From: Stegostoma tigrinum
Taxonomy: Eukaryota
Direction: 5' to 3'
Length of the DNA: 64,000 nt
NCBI RefSeq assembly: GCF_030684315.1
Contig: NC_081374.1
Coordinates: 8,792,837-8,856,836 of the forward strand
Shown in pieces: positions 63,405 through 64,000 of this stretch. A program made the translations under genes and the position numbers. Position 1 is the first letter of the stretch; each line of letters starts with the position of its first letter. The notes beneath the pieces were generated by a model that was given only the letters and a program-made list of their open reading frames with translations, was not told the DNA's origin and ran no database searches.

Positions 63405-64000
63405 CTGCAAGAAACAAATAAAGACAAGAAATAATGATAATGATCAACATGTCAGTGCTTACAGACAGAACAGCAGTGTAACCTCCTCTCTCTTCCCTCA
63501 ACACCAAGTTGCTCTGTCAAGTTGCTACCCAAGTTGGAAATTAAGACTCATCTCACTCTGCCCAGCTTGAGCATTTTTTTTGTCTTCAGGTTAAGCTGTG
63601 GAATTCATCTGTATTTCCTCCTGCTTCACAAAATTGAAAAAAGTTACCTAGTTGCTTTGTTTAGTTGGGTGGAAGACAATGAATGCGGTGCACGATGGCA
63701 CTAATGGTGTGAGTTCAATCCTGTACAGTTCACGTACTTCAAGGAGGACTGTCTCCTTGTCTTGCCCTGTATTTGATATTAAGAAGTGCCCACCAAGCTA
63801 TTCAATTACATGTCTGTCTCCTTCTCAGAGAAAGATGTCTATGGACCCTCATGAACAATGGTTAATTAACAGCATTTTACCTCATAAATGCCTCTACTTT
63901 CCCAAACCCTCTCAGCCCATGGACTCATGGAAACATAGAAAATAGGAGTGTCAGTCAACCATTCGGCTCTTTGAGCATACTCTGCCATTCAGTATGATCA

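Overview
Vertebrate genomic DNA, almost certainly an elasmobranch (shark), judging by HE1-type SINEs, CR1 LINEs and Penelope-derived repeats. The whole window lies inside one minus-strand gene, neurofascin (NFASC, L1CAM family). I traced 15 GT-AG exons by hand (63404 down to 815; 1926 nt, one open frame). They encode Ig1-Ig6 and the start of FNIII-1, including a 57-nt Ig2-Ig3 linker exon and a 45-nt Ig6-FN1 linker exon. The gene's 5' and 3' ends lie outside the window. Introns hold a near-full-length decayed CR1, many CR1 3' fragments, HE1 and other tRNA-derived SINEs, a probable Gypsy relic and solo LTRs, a 21/22-bp minisatellite and a 252-N gap. The most unusual signal is a family of more than 10 short, often palindromic insertions flanked by 10-17 bp target-site duplications and carrying a minimal hammerhead-ribozyme core; a related copy is attached to a Penelope GIY-YIG C-terminus. 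Also notable are a minisatellite that arrays ACUAAY (QKI/branch-point) motifs in the NFASC pre-mRNA and several candidate unannotated microexons in the Ig2-Ig3 linker region. Most ORF-track ORFs are repeat-derived or spurious. Repeat boundaries are approximate.
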